NCBI GenBank assembly: GCA_964603585.1
Contig: CAZRVK010000001.1
Span: 69,327 to 133,326 of the forward strand
Direction: 5' to 3'
Source: an uncultured Planctomycetales bacterium
GTDB lineage: Bacteria; Omnitrophota; Gorgyraeia; Gygaellales; Profunditerraquicolaceae
Length of the DNA stretch: 64,000 nt
The notes beneath the pieces were generated by a model. That model had not been told where the DNA came from and did not search any database. It saw only the letters and a program-made list of their open reading frames with translations. Positions within the stretch are counted from its first letter, which is position 1. Each line of letters starts with the position of its first letter. Positions 37,890 to 45,879 of the stretch are shown here, one piece after another. Both the position numbers and the translations under genes were made by a program.

Positions 37890-39155
37890 TTAAATCCTGG
37901 TTGCCTTGCCGATAATAAAAGAGATATTGCCTCCGGACGGGCTAAAGGCATTGATCATGATCCGCGATAACTTCTTCTTCTCGGGTTTATTAACCACATA
38001 ATTCAGGTCGCAATCCGGGTCTTTTTCTTTATAATTGGATATCCTGGGAACCAACTGGTTCTCCAAAGCGCCTAACGCCGCAACCGTAGAAAATCCCCCC
38101 GAAACGCTATAACCTTCTCCGACAATCGATTTAACTGCGGTCACGGGGATTTTTTTTGCGTATTTTCCAAAAACAGATTTGATCGCATGCGTTTCGATCA
38201 AATCCGCATCAGGCGTTGAATTGGCATTGGCAAAAATACAGTCAATATCTTCGGGCAAAAGGCCTGCATCCTGCAAAGCCATCTGCATCGCATGCCGCAT
38301 CCCTTCTCCTTTCGGGCTATAGTTATAAAACCGTGCCGGATCAAAACAAGAACCAATCCCTAATATTTCGGCGTAGATTTTTGCTTTTGTATTTAATGCC
38401 ATATTTTTATCCTGAACAACCAAGGCTGTCGCGCCTTCGGAGAAAATGATCCCATTCCTTCTTTTATCAAAAGGGCAGCTCATTATTGGTGTATCATTTT
38501 TAGATCCGGAAAGATAATTAAGCCGGTAAAATCCCAAGAATGTCTGTAAACTTAGATCCTCAACCGCGCCGCAAAGGACAGTATCCGCCCGGTCAAGCAG
38601 TAATGAATCCCGGGCATAATCAATAGCGTCTATTGCCGAACACATACCGGTAGAAAGCGTAGAATTGAACCCTTTAACCTTAAAACGGATGGCCACCCGG
38701 CTGGCAGGAGAATTACCTACTGTACTGGGGAATATCGAAGGATTTACATACGCCGGACCTTCGGTAAGGGATTCCCGGTCAAATTTAGAAATACTATGTA
38801 AACTGCCAAAAGTAGTCCCGACTGAAATCCCGGTGCGTTTTGTGTTAGATTCATCAATGTTTATCTTTGCGTCATCAATACCGAGTTTAGCCGCGCATAA
38901 AATCAATAATGTCGCCCGGTCTAAATCCGTTAAACCCGCAGGCCCTAAGATCGATTTCGGATCGAAACCGCTGATTTCTCCGGCAATATGCACCTTAAGA
39001 TCGGTTGTCTCAAATAAGGTAATCGGATTAAATCCTGTGACAGATCCAAACAAACCCTGCCAAAATTGATCTTTGCCGATTCCGATGGAAGATACTACCC
39101 CGATCCCCGTAACCACCATCCTGCGCGTTTTAAAAGATGTCTTTATCATAATCAA
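37890..39155 (-). CDS. ketosynthase-like protein retaining the active-site Cys but lacking both catalytic His (CLF-like/non-decarboxylating partner)
   Basis: STGMCSAID (Cys present); FabF AHGTSTP replaced by ANANSTP; FabF GHLLGAAG replaced by GEGYSVSG; 4-nt overlap with AAR gene. Confidence 0.7.
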   Translation of the reverse strand: MIMIKTSFKTRRMVVTGIGVVSSIGIGKDQFWQGLFGSVTGFNPITLFETTDLKVHIAGEISGFDPKSILGPAGLTDLDRATLLILCAAKLGIDDAKINIDESNTKRTGISVGTTFGSLHSISKFDRESLTEGPAYVNPSIFPSTVGNSPASRVAIRFKVKGFNSTLSTGMCSAIDAIDYARDSLLLDRADTVLCGAVEDLSLQTFLGFYRLNYLSGSKNDTPIMSCPFDKRRNGIIFSEGATALVVQDKNMALNTKAKIYAEILGIGSCFDPARFYNYSPKGEGMRHAMQMALQDAGLLPEDIDCIFANANSTPDADLIETHAIKSVFGKYAKKIPVTAVKSIVGEGYSVSGGFSTVAALGALENQLVPRISNYKEKDPDCDLNYVVNKPEKKKLSRIMINAFSPSGGNISFIIGKATRI

Positions 39156-40171
39156 AGTATCGGCGCTTCGGGGAGCCAGACTTCAAAACCGTAACGCGCC
39201 GCAATGTCAGCGATCTGGTCCATTTTATCCAGATTAATATTGTCACCTGCGGAATAACTGCAAATCTTTCCTTCCGCCGCTAAAAGAATAGTCTCTGCCA
39301 GGCCCGCTGGAATGATCCCTTTAGGCAATCCCAGATCCATGGGAAAAGGCAATAAAGATGGTGTCTTAATCAACCCGCATTTAACAAGCGTTATATCCGA
39401 GCGGCCTTGCAGGCGGGCGGAAACAGTTTTGTCAACCGTAGCATCAAAAACGATTGCCTGCGCTTTTAATTTTCCTAAATCAAGGCCAAGAGGATCAAAG
39501 GCATCGTCATCGGCAAAAATAACCATATCCGCATCCTGAATTGCCTTTTGCGGAACAGGTTCGATCTTTATATTTATGGGATTAAGTTGTAAAATGATTT
39601 CTTTGAGTTTTTCGAGTTTAACACTGTCGCTTGAAGTAATTGTAAGGCCGGAAAGATACCCGGACAATTTCCGGGAACATAATGAACCAACGGCGGTAGA
39701 AGCCCCGATAATAAGAACCTTCGACTCTTTTAAAGCCAGTCTTTTTGCCCGGGCAATGCGGTATACCGCTTCAAACGCCGACCAGGCAATATAAGTACTG
39801 CCGCTGGTTACCGGAAGGCGAAAACTGCGAAAGGCAGTGTAACCCTGGTCATATAAGATTGAAGTATATCCTCCCATTCCCAAAATCGCCGCACCGAGAT
39901 CATTGGCAAGGCGAGTAGCAGAAATGATCTTTTCCATTGCTAAAATCTTGTTCTCTTTAAGGCAGGCAGTAGTATCAGATAATGAGACAAAAAAGCCGGC
40001 AAGCTGATTATCGTTAGCGCAATAAAAAGGAGCCATTTTATAAGACCTGATACCGTAATTGTTCTTTGATGATATTCTTTGAAACCAGGAGGGAATTAAA
40101 CGGCTTAACCCTAAAGGGCATTTCATACCAGCCGCGTTTGTAGGATGTGTTAAGTATACGAATTTTCTCAT
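39152..40171 (-). CDS. acyl-ACP reductase (AAR)-like NAD(P)-dependent enzyme (COG5322-type)
   Basis: Colinear with cyanobacterial AAR as recalled from memory: GMGGYTSIL vs ALGGFTSII, VTSGSTYIAWSAFEAV vs FTTGNTHTAYVICRQV, KVLIIGASTAVGSLCSRKL Rossmann vs ATVAVVGATGDIGSAVCRWL, conserved Cys in TLVKCGLI, C-terminal AARYGFEVWLPE. Confidence 0.6.
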   Translation of the reverse strand: MRKFVYLTHPTNAAGMKCPLGLSRLIPSWFQRISSKNNYGIRSYKMAPFYCANDNQLAGFFVSLSDTTACLKENKILAMEKIISATRLANDLGAAILGMGGYTSILYDQGYTAFRSFRLPVTSGSTYIAWSAFEAVYRIARAKRLALKESKVLIIGASTAVGSLCSRKLSGYLSGLTITSSDSVKLEKLKEIILQLNPINIKIEPVPQKAIQDADMVIFADDDAFDPLGLDLGKLKAQAIVFDATVDKTVSARLQGRSDITLVKCGLIKTPSLLPFPMDLGLPKGIIPAGLAETILLAAEGKICSYSAGDNINLDKMDQIADIAARYGFEVWLPEAPIL

Positions 40172-40201
40172 TTATTGGGTTTACAGAAGCACAAGCTTAG
40201 T

Positions 40202-40432
40202 CTATTCGGTTTTCAGTATAGATCTGCTGTTTTCCTGGCCCTCTATATTGTATTCGTGTTTTTCCTTAATCCATTTTTCAATGTATTTTTTATGAAATCT
40301 CCAATCAGTCCCGATCTTAAAAGCCGGGATCTTGCCTTGACGGGCATATTTGTGCACAGTAAGAAGATGCAAATTAAGGTACTCTGCTACTTCTTTTGCT
40401 GTTAGTATGTCTTTACTTTTGTTTTCAGTCAT
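40202..40432 (-). CDS. HTH_17 (excisionase-family helix-turn-helix) DNA-binding protein, first gene of the KS/AAR operon
   Basis: LTAKEVAEYLNLHLLTVHKYARQGKIPAFKIGTDWRFHKKYIEKWI; paralog of the HTH upstream of smc. Confidence 0.7.
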   Translation of the reverse strand: MTENKSKDILTAKEVAEYLNLHLLTVHKYARQGKIPAFKIGTDWRFHKKYIEKWIKEKHEYNIEGQENSRSILKTE

Positions 40433-40479
40433 CGCCTAAACAAGTTTAAGCATGTTTTAGCTAATCACAAGTAATTTAA

Positions 40480-40508
40480 AATATACATTGCAAAGTATGT
40501 ATTGTCAA
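40480..40508 (-). promoter_or_regulatory. sigma70-type promoter TTGACA-17-TATATT for the HTH/AAR/KS operon
   Basis: minus strand: TTGACA (40503-40508) atacatactttgcaatg TATATT (40480-40485), ~48 nt upstream of the HTH ATG. Confidence 0.6.
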
Positions 40509-40513
40509 GGGTA

Positions 40514-40550
40514 TTTTAAAAAAGAAGGGGGACGGTCTCGACCGCCCCCC
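40514..40550 (-). terminator. rho-independent terminator after the lipoyl-domain gene (mdh-lpdA operon)
   Basis: minus strand: GGGGGCGGTCGAGACCGTCCCCC hairpin followed by TTCTTTTTTAAAAT. Confidence 0.65.
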
Positions 40551-40628
40551 TACAATTATGATCTTCTATTCCAGGCTATTCCTGGGATACGATTATGATC
40601 TCGGCATAACAAGCTACCGGAAAGATTC

Positions 40629-40862
40629 TTATTCGAGTACTCCCAGCGTCTGGCCTACCATCACCGTATCCCCTTCACTGAAGAAAACTTTAGTCAGCGT
40701 ACCAGAACATGGCGCAGGAAGATTAAAGGTGGATTTATCCGTGGCTAATTCGACTAAATCGTCTTTTTCATTAACCTTATCTCCGGCCTTGAAATACCAG
40801 TAAGAAACCGTAGCTTTCTCTATACGCTCTCCTAATTCAGGCAATATAACATTAGCCATCAT
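40629..40862 (-). CDS. stand-alone lipoyl-attachment domain protein (E2-type lipoyl domain)
   Basis: 77 aa; PELGE…ATVSYWYFKAGDKV…LVELATDKSTFNLPAP…G lipoyl-lysine motif (TDKS), not biotin AMKM. Confidence 0.65.
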   Translation of the reverse strand: MMANVILPELGERIEKATVSYWYFKAGDKVNEKDDLVELATDKSTFNLPAPCSGTLTKVFFSEGDTVMVGQTLGVLE

Positions 40863-40887
40863 AAACCTCCTTTTTTAGGGATTTCCC

Positions 40888-42180
40888 CTATTTTAACGCA
40901 TCGCGGATAGATTCTGATAAGGTCGGATGAGCAAATATCGTATCCTTAACTTGAGAAACTTTCAGCCCACAGGTAACGGCTAAAGTCAAAACTGCGATTA
41001 GTTCCGTAGCACGCGGCCCGATTATCGAAGCACCCAGTATCGTATCGGTCCCATTATCAGAAACGATTTTTATAAAACCTTCGGTTTCCCCGGAAATACG
41101 CGCCATCCCGGAACCAAGAAAATCGAATTTATTGACCTTTACCGCTATACCCGCAGATTGAGCTGCTTCTTCTTTTATCCCAATACTTGCGATTTCCGGG
41201 TCAGCAAAAATACAACTGGGGACATTAGTGTTATCCGCCTTCTTTAATCCGCCAGGATTCGCTATATTCTCTGCCGCGATCTGCCCCTGATATGCGGCAT
41301 AATGCGCCAGCATTATTTTAGCAGTGCAATCTCCTGCGGCATAAATATTCGGAATAGACGTGCGCAGATATTCATCCACTGCGATCCTGCCTCCGGTAAT
41401 CTTTATTCCGGATTCCTCAAGGCCTAAACCTTCGGTCATCGGTATACGCCCTGCACAAACCAGTGTCCGTTCAAACATGTCCACCGCACATGCCGAAGCA
41501 TCGGCATTAACAATAACCTTTATCCCTTTTTTCCGGAAAACCCCCTCAAGTTTACGGGATATGTCCGGATCCTCTCCCGGCAAAAGCCGGCTGAATTTCT
41601 CGGCAATCGTAACCTGACTGCCAAGATTAGAAAAAAGGCAGGCGAATTCACAGCCGATCACTCCCCCGCCAATAATTAAAAGAGAATCCGGGATCTGTTT
41701 TAAATCAAGGATATCATCACTGGATAGAATCTTCTTGCCATCGAACTTAAAACCCGGCAGTTGAAATACCTTTGAGCCGGTGGCAATAAGTATAGAATCA
41801 GCGGTAAGCACTTCTGTATTTACCCGGATCTCATTTGCTGATATAAGGCGTGCCGCAGCCGGAATAAGATCGATACCTTTAAGGGAAAAATTCAGGCCCT
41901 GTAAAAGCTGGCTGACAATCTTATCCTTTCGCGAGCACACTTCATTGAAATCTATTTTTATAGAATCACTACGCACACCAAAATCATTGGCTTTTTTCGC
42001 TAAGGAGAATGTTTTTGCGGATTGGATAAACGCTTTGGTAGGAATACAACCACGGTTAAGGCAGGTGCCTCCGGTTTTTTCCTGTTCGATCAATGCCACC
42101 TTTAATCCTAACTCCCGCGCGCGGTGCGCGGCATTGATCCCTGCCCAACCTGCGCCAATTATCGCCAGATCATAACGCAT
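40888..42180 (-). CDS. lpdA: dihydrolipoyl dehydrogenase
   Basis: YDLAIIGAGWAGINAA FAD motif, GGTCLNRGCIPTK redox disulfide, C-terminal HAHPTLSE. Confidence 0.85.
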   Translation of the reverse strand: MRYDLAIIGAGWAGINAAHRARELGLKVALIEQEKTGGTCLNRGCIPTKAFIQSAKTFSLAKKANDFGVRSDSIKIDFNEVCSRKDKIVSQLLQGLNFSLKGIDLIPAAARLISANEIRVNTEVLTADSILIATGSKVFQLPGFKFDGKKILSSDDILDLKQIPDSLLIIGGGVIGCEFACLFSNLGSQVTIAEKFSRLLPGEDPDISRKLEGVFRKKGIKVIVNADASACAVDMFERTLVCAGRIPMTEGLGLEESGIKITGGRIAVDEYLRTSIPNIYAAGDCTAKIMLAHYAAYQGQIAAENIANPGGLKKADNTNVPSCIFADPEIASIGIKEEAAQSAGIAVKVNKFDFLGSGMARISGETEGFIKIVSDNGTDTILGASIIGPRATELIAVLTLAVTCGLKVSQVKDTIFAHPTLSESIRDALK

Positions 42181-42182
42181 GG

Positions 42183-43103
42183 CTATAAACTTATGTTTTG
42201 ATACTGCTTTTTAAGGTCGTCTGCGACTTTTAATAACTGTTCTTTTTCCTGTTCAAGCAAACTCAATTCGATGATCTCTTCAATGCCATTCTTCCCTAAA
42301 CGGCAAGGCAGGCCAAGGCAAACGCCGCTGATACCGTATTGCCCATTCAAATATGCCGATACCGCAACCGTACGTTTTTCGTCTTTGGCGATAACCTTGA
42401 CCAGGCTTGCGATCGCCGCCGAAGGGGCAAAATAAGCACTGCCACTGCCTAAAAGAGAAACAATCTCTGCCCCCCGGGCTACGGTTTTTTTGGTCAACTC
42501 AATAACCTTCTGGGGATTTAAAAACTCATCTAAAGCAACCCCTTTAATACTGGTAAAACGCGCCATCGGAAGCATCCCCTCGCCATGCACCCCGATAACA
42601 CAGGCATCCACATCTGTCGGAGAAACCTTTAGTTCTTTCGCGATCAGATTGGCAAACCGCGAGGCATCCAGCGTAACCCCCATGCCAAAGACTTTTTGGG
42701 GAGAAAATCCGGTTTTCTTAAGTATAAAACAAGTCATCAGGTCTAAAGGATTTGTCACGACAATCACTACCGCATTTGGCGCAAGCTGTTTTATATTCCC
42801 GGCTATCCCGCTTAAGATAGCGGCATTCTTGTTAACCAGGTCTTCCCTCGTCATTCCGGGTTTACGCGCCAGGCCTGCGGTAATTACTATAATATCAGAA
42901 TCTTGAACGTCATTAATTTGGCTGGAGCCTGTAACATTATAATTGTATTTTAAGATCGCGCGGGCATCCTCAAGATCAAATGCCTTGCCTTGGGCCAAGC
43001 CTGCGGCAATATCGATAAGGTAAATATCGCCTGCGCCTTCCTGCGCCAGGCGCATCGCCGCCAGCCCACCGACATTTCCACCGCCAATAATTGTAATTTT
43101 CAT
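42183..43103 (-). CDS. mdh: malate dehydrogenase (LDH-like MDH family)
   Basis: MKITIIGGGNVGGLAA…ITAGLARKPGMTREDL…VIVVTNPLD. Confidence 0.8.
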   Translation of the reverse strand: MKITIIGGGNVGGLAAMRLAQEGAGDIYLIDIAAGLAQGKAFDLEDARAILKYNYNVTGSSQINDVQDSDIIVITAGLARKPGMTREDLVNKNAAILSGIAGNIKQLAPNAVVIVVTNPLDLMTCFILKKTGFSPQKVFGMGVTLDASRFANLIAKELKVSPTDVDACVIGVHGEGMLPMARFTSIKGVALDEFLNPQKVIELTKKTVARGAEIVSLLGSGSAYFAPSAAIASLVKVIAKDEKRTVAVSAYLNGQYGISGVCLGLPCRLGKNGIEEIIELSLLEQEKEQLLKVADDLKKQYQNISL

Positions 43104-43131
43104 AATTTTCGGTTATAAGGTCATCTTGTTA

Positions 43132-43152
43132 GGGGCGGTCACGACCGCCCCC
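43132..43152. repeat. GC-rich palindromic element GGGGCGGTC-ac-GACCGCCCC(C)TACA, second copy of the hairpin used in the 40527-40550 terminator
   Basis: near-identical to 40527-40554 (GGGGGACGGTC-tc-GACCGCCCCCCTACA); lies between IMDH stop and mdh start with no T-tract. Confidence 0.55.
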
Positions 43153-43165
43153 TACATTTCTTACC

Positions 43166-44251
43166 CTACTCTTTTAGCCTCTTTATAATCGCATCCGCCA
43201 TTTCTTTTGTCCCGGCACTTGTCGGATCATCGCGATTAGGCTTGAGGTCATAAGTAACATTCTTGCCTTCAGCCAAAACATACTGTAATGCCTCCTCCAG
43301 ACGCACAGCCGCCTTATCCTCTTTAAGGTATCGCAGCATCAGCATCCCCGAAAGGATCATCGCTGTAGGATTCACTTTATTTAAACCGGCGTATTTCGGA
43401 GCAGAACCGTGAACAGCTTCAAAAACCGCCAGGTCCATGCCAATATTGGCGCCCGGGGCAATCCCTAATCCCCCGATCAGACCGGCACAAAGATCCGATA
43501 AAATATCGCCATAAAGGTTCGGCAAAACAAGAAGATCATAAAAATGCGGACGCTGAACAAGCTGCATCGACATATTGTCCACCAGCGCCTCTTCAAAAAG
43601 CACCTTACCCTCATACTCCTTGGCCACTTCCCGCGCAACCTTTAAGAAAAGTCCGTCCGTAAATTTCATAATATTTGCTTTCTGTACAGCCGTGACTTTC
43701 TTACGGTTGAATTTTAAAGCGTATTCGAAGGCATACCGGACAATACGTTCCGAGGCAAACTTAGAGATAGGCTTAATGGAGATCCCGGAATCCGGGCGGA
43801 TAGTTTTTTTAGTGAACTTCTCGATATCTTCGATCAAAGTCTTGGTTTGTGACTTGCCTTCTTCGAATTCAATCCCGGCATAAAGATCCTCGCTGTTCTC
43901 TCTGATAATTACCAGGTCGATATTCTTATACAGGCTTTTTACCCCGATATAGGACTTTGCCGGGCGCACGCAGGCATACAGATCCAAGGCATGACGGATC
44001 GCCACATTTACTGAACGAAACCCTCCACCGATAGGAGTGCTGATAGGGCCTTTTAAGGCAACTTTGTTGCGGCGGACAGAATCTAAAACAGCCGAAGGCA
44101 GAAGCTCACCGTATTTATCAAGCGCCGCCTGGCCGGCTAAAACCTCGTCCCACTCGATCTTAACCCCTGTAGCTTCAATACAACGCCTTGCCGCCTCTGC
44201 CACTTCCGGGCCGATACCATCGCCTGGAATAAGGGTAACTTTATGCATCAT
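43166..44251 (-). CDS. isocitrate/3-isopropylmalate/homoisocitrate dehydrogenase family enzyme
   Basis: [13 protein letters not shown]…IRENSEDLY…[14 protein letters not shown] beta-decarboxylating dehydrogenase motifs; 361 aa. Confidence 0.75.
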   Translation of the reverse strand: MMHKVTLIPGDGIGPEVAEAARRCIEATGVKIEWDEVLAGQAALDKYGELLPSAVLDSVRRNKVALKGPISTPIGGGFRSVNVAIRHALDLYACVRPAKSYIGVKSLYKNIDLVIIRENSEDLYAGIEFEEGKSQTKTLIEDIEKFTKKTIRPDSGISIKPISKFASERIVRYAFEYALKFNRKKVTAVQKANIMKFTDGLFLKVAREVAKEYEGKVLFEEALVDNMSMQLVQRPHFYDLLVLPNLYGDILSDLCAGLIGGLGIAPGANIGMDLAVFEAVHGSAPKYAGLNKVNPTAMILSGMLMLRYLKEDKAAVRLEEALQYVLAEGKNVTYDLKPNRDDPTSAGTKEMADAIIKRLKE

Positions 44252-44754
44252 CTTACCTCTGGCAATTTGGCGTATTTCTTATAAAAATTGATCACTCCGC
44301 CTTCCTGCAATAATTTCTGCATGAAATCAGGAAGCGGAGAAACCTTAAAATCGATATTCTTGGTCAAATCACGGACTACGCCATGATCCAGATCAACAGA
44401 TAAAATATCCGTTTCCGCGACCTGGTCCGTATCCATCTCGATCAAAGGCAGGCCGATATTAAAGGCGTTGCGGTAAAAGATCCGGGCAAAGGATTTTGCC
44501 ACAACCGCCAATATCCCGGACTCCTTTATCACAAGCGGCGCCTGCTCACGCGATGAACCCATGCCAAAATTCTTCCCGGCAACGATCATGCAGGAACCTG
44601 GTGAGATCTTGGAAGGGAATTCCGGGTCGATATCCTCCATGATATGTTTTGCCAGTTCCTTTATATCGGTAATAGAGAATTTATACCGTCCGGAAATAAT
44701 AAAATCGGTATTTATATTATCACCTAACTTTATTGCTTTTCCTTCGAGCTTCAT
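44248..44754 (-). CDS. leuD: 3-isopropylmalate/homoaconitate dehydratase small subunit (archaeal-type LeuD)
   Basis: 168 aa; [14 protein letters not shown]…[14 protein letters not shown]. Confidence 0.75.
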   Translation of the reverse strand: MKLEGKAIKLGDNINTDFIISGRYKFSITDIKELAKHIMEDIDPEFPSKISPGSCMIVAGKNFGMGSSREQAPLVIKESGILAVVAKSFARIFYRNAFNIGLPLIEMDTDQVAETDILSVDLDHGVVRDLTKNIDFKVSPLPDFMQKLLQEGGVINFYKKYAKLPEVR

Positions 44755-44817
44755 TTATCGATACTCCTTAAATTAAGCACTATTATGGATCTTGCTAACT
44801 TTCATTGCAGATACTAA

Positions 44818-45870
44818 TTACAGCTGTTTAAACTCGTCGAGGTTTTTAACCTTAGACATGGCCATATCCAGAGTGATCAGCCCCTGCTGGAAGAATTCCT
44901 TAAGGCATTTATCCATAGTCTTCATGCCATACTGACTGCCGGTTTGCAGTAACGTCGGGATCTGCTCAACTTCCTGTTCGCGGATAAGGTTCCGGATACC
45001 GGGAGTAGCGATCATTACTTCGGTGGCAAGGATCCTGCCTTTACCGGAAGCACGCGGAAGCAATAACTGGGAAACTACACCTTGTAAACAGTCTGCCAGC
45101 TGTAACTTTACCTGCTGCTGCTGATGCGGAGGGAACACATCGATGATCCTTTGAATAGTCTGCGGCGCATCAGGCGTATGTAAAGTGGCTAAAACCAAAT
45201 GCCCAGTTTCTGCCGCAGTCAGGGTCGTTGAAATAGTTTCCAAGTCGCGCATTTCTCCTACAACGATGACGTTGGGATCCTGCCGCAAAGTATGCTTTAA
45301 TGCCTCGGCAAAAGAATGCGTATCGGCATAAACTTCCCGCTGTTTAATAATACTTTTCTTATTGGTATGGATAAATTCTATCGGGTCCTCGATGCACATG
45401 ATCAGAGACTCACGCTCGTTGTTGATAAGGTCGACGATCGCAGCCAATGTCGTAGTCTTGCCGACTCCGGTAGGCCCGGTAACCAGCAATAATCCGTTCG
45501 GGCGGCGGGCTAAATCCAGTACAATCGGAGGCAAACCCAGATCCTGGATCCCAGGGATGGTCAAAGGTATACGGCGGAATGCCGCCTCTACCGTGCCTTT
45601 TTGCATATGCACATTGACCCTGAACCGGTCAAGGCTCGGAAGCGCAAGGGAAAAATCCAATTCCAGGTTCTGCTCGAACATCTCTTTCTGCGAATTGGTC
45701 AAAACGCCATAGATCATTCTTTTTAGTTCATCGGCCTTCATGGGAGGGGCACTGGTACGGTTCAACTTTCCGTCTACGCGTAAGATGGGAGGTTCATTTT
45801 CCGTGAGATGCAGATCCGAAGCCTTTTTCTCGACACAGGCTAGCAGTAATTCGCGTATTTCCATAGTCAT
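44818..45870 (-). CDS. pilT: type IV pilus retraction ATPase PilT family
   Basis: LLVTGPTGVGKTTTLAAIV (Walker A), IEDPIEF…VIVVGEMRDLETIS, 350 aa. Confidence 0.85.
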   Translation of the reverse strand: MTMEIRELLLACVEKKASDLHLTENEPPILRVDGKLNRTSAPPMKADELKRMIYGVLTNSQKEMFEQNLELDFSLALPSLDRFRVNVHMQKGTVEAAFRRIPLTIPGIQDLGLPPIVLDLARRPNGLLLVTGPTGVGKTTTLAAIVDLINNERESLIMCIEDPIEFIHTNKKSIIKQREVYADTHSFAEALKHTLRQDPNVIVVGEMRDLETISTTLTAAETGHLVLATLHTPDAPQTIQRIIDVFPPHQQQQVKLQLADCLQGVVSQLLLPRASGKGRILATEVMIATPGIRNLIREQEVEQIPTLLQTGSQYGMKTMDKCLKEFFQQGLITLDMAMSKVKNLDEFKQL

Positions 45871-45879
45871 CTCCCTTTC

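Noticed and set aside
30073-40432. Integrated mobile element bounded by the two paralogous excisionase-family HTH genes
   Set aside because: No integrase, recombinase, transposase or phage genes in between; no flanking direct repeats found; both HTH genes have strong housekeeping-type promoters and head chromosomal operons (smc; lipid genes), so they are more likely regulators than excisionases.
43132-43152. Rho-independent terminator between IMDH-like gene and mdh
   Set aside because: Good GC-rich hairpin but no downstream U-tract on either strand; recorded as a repeat/hairpin instead.
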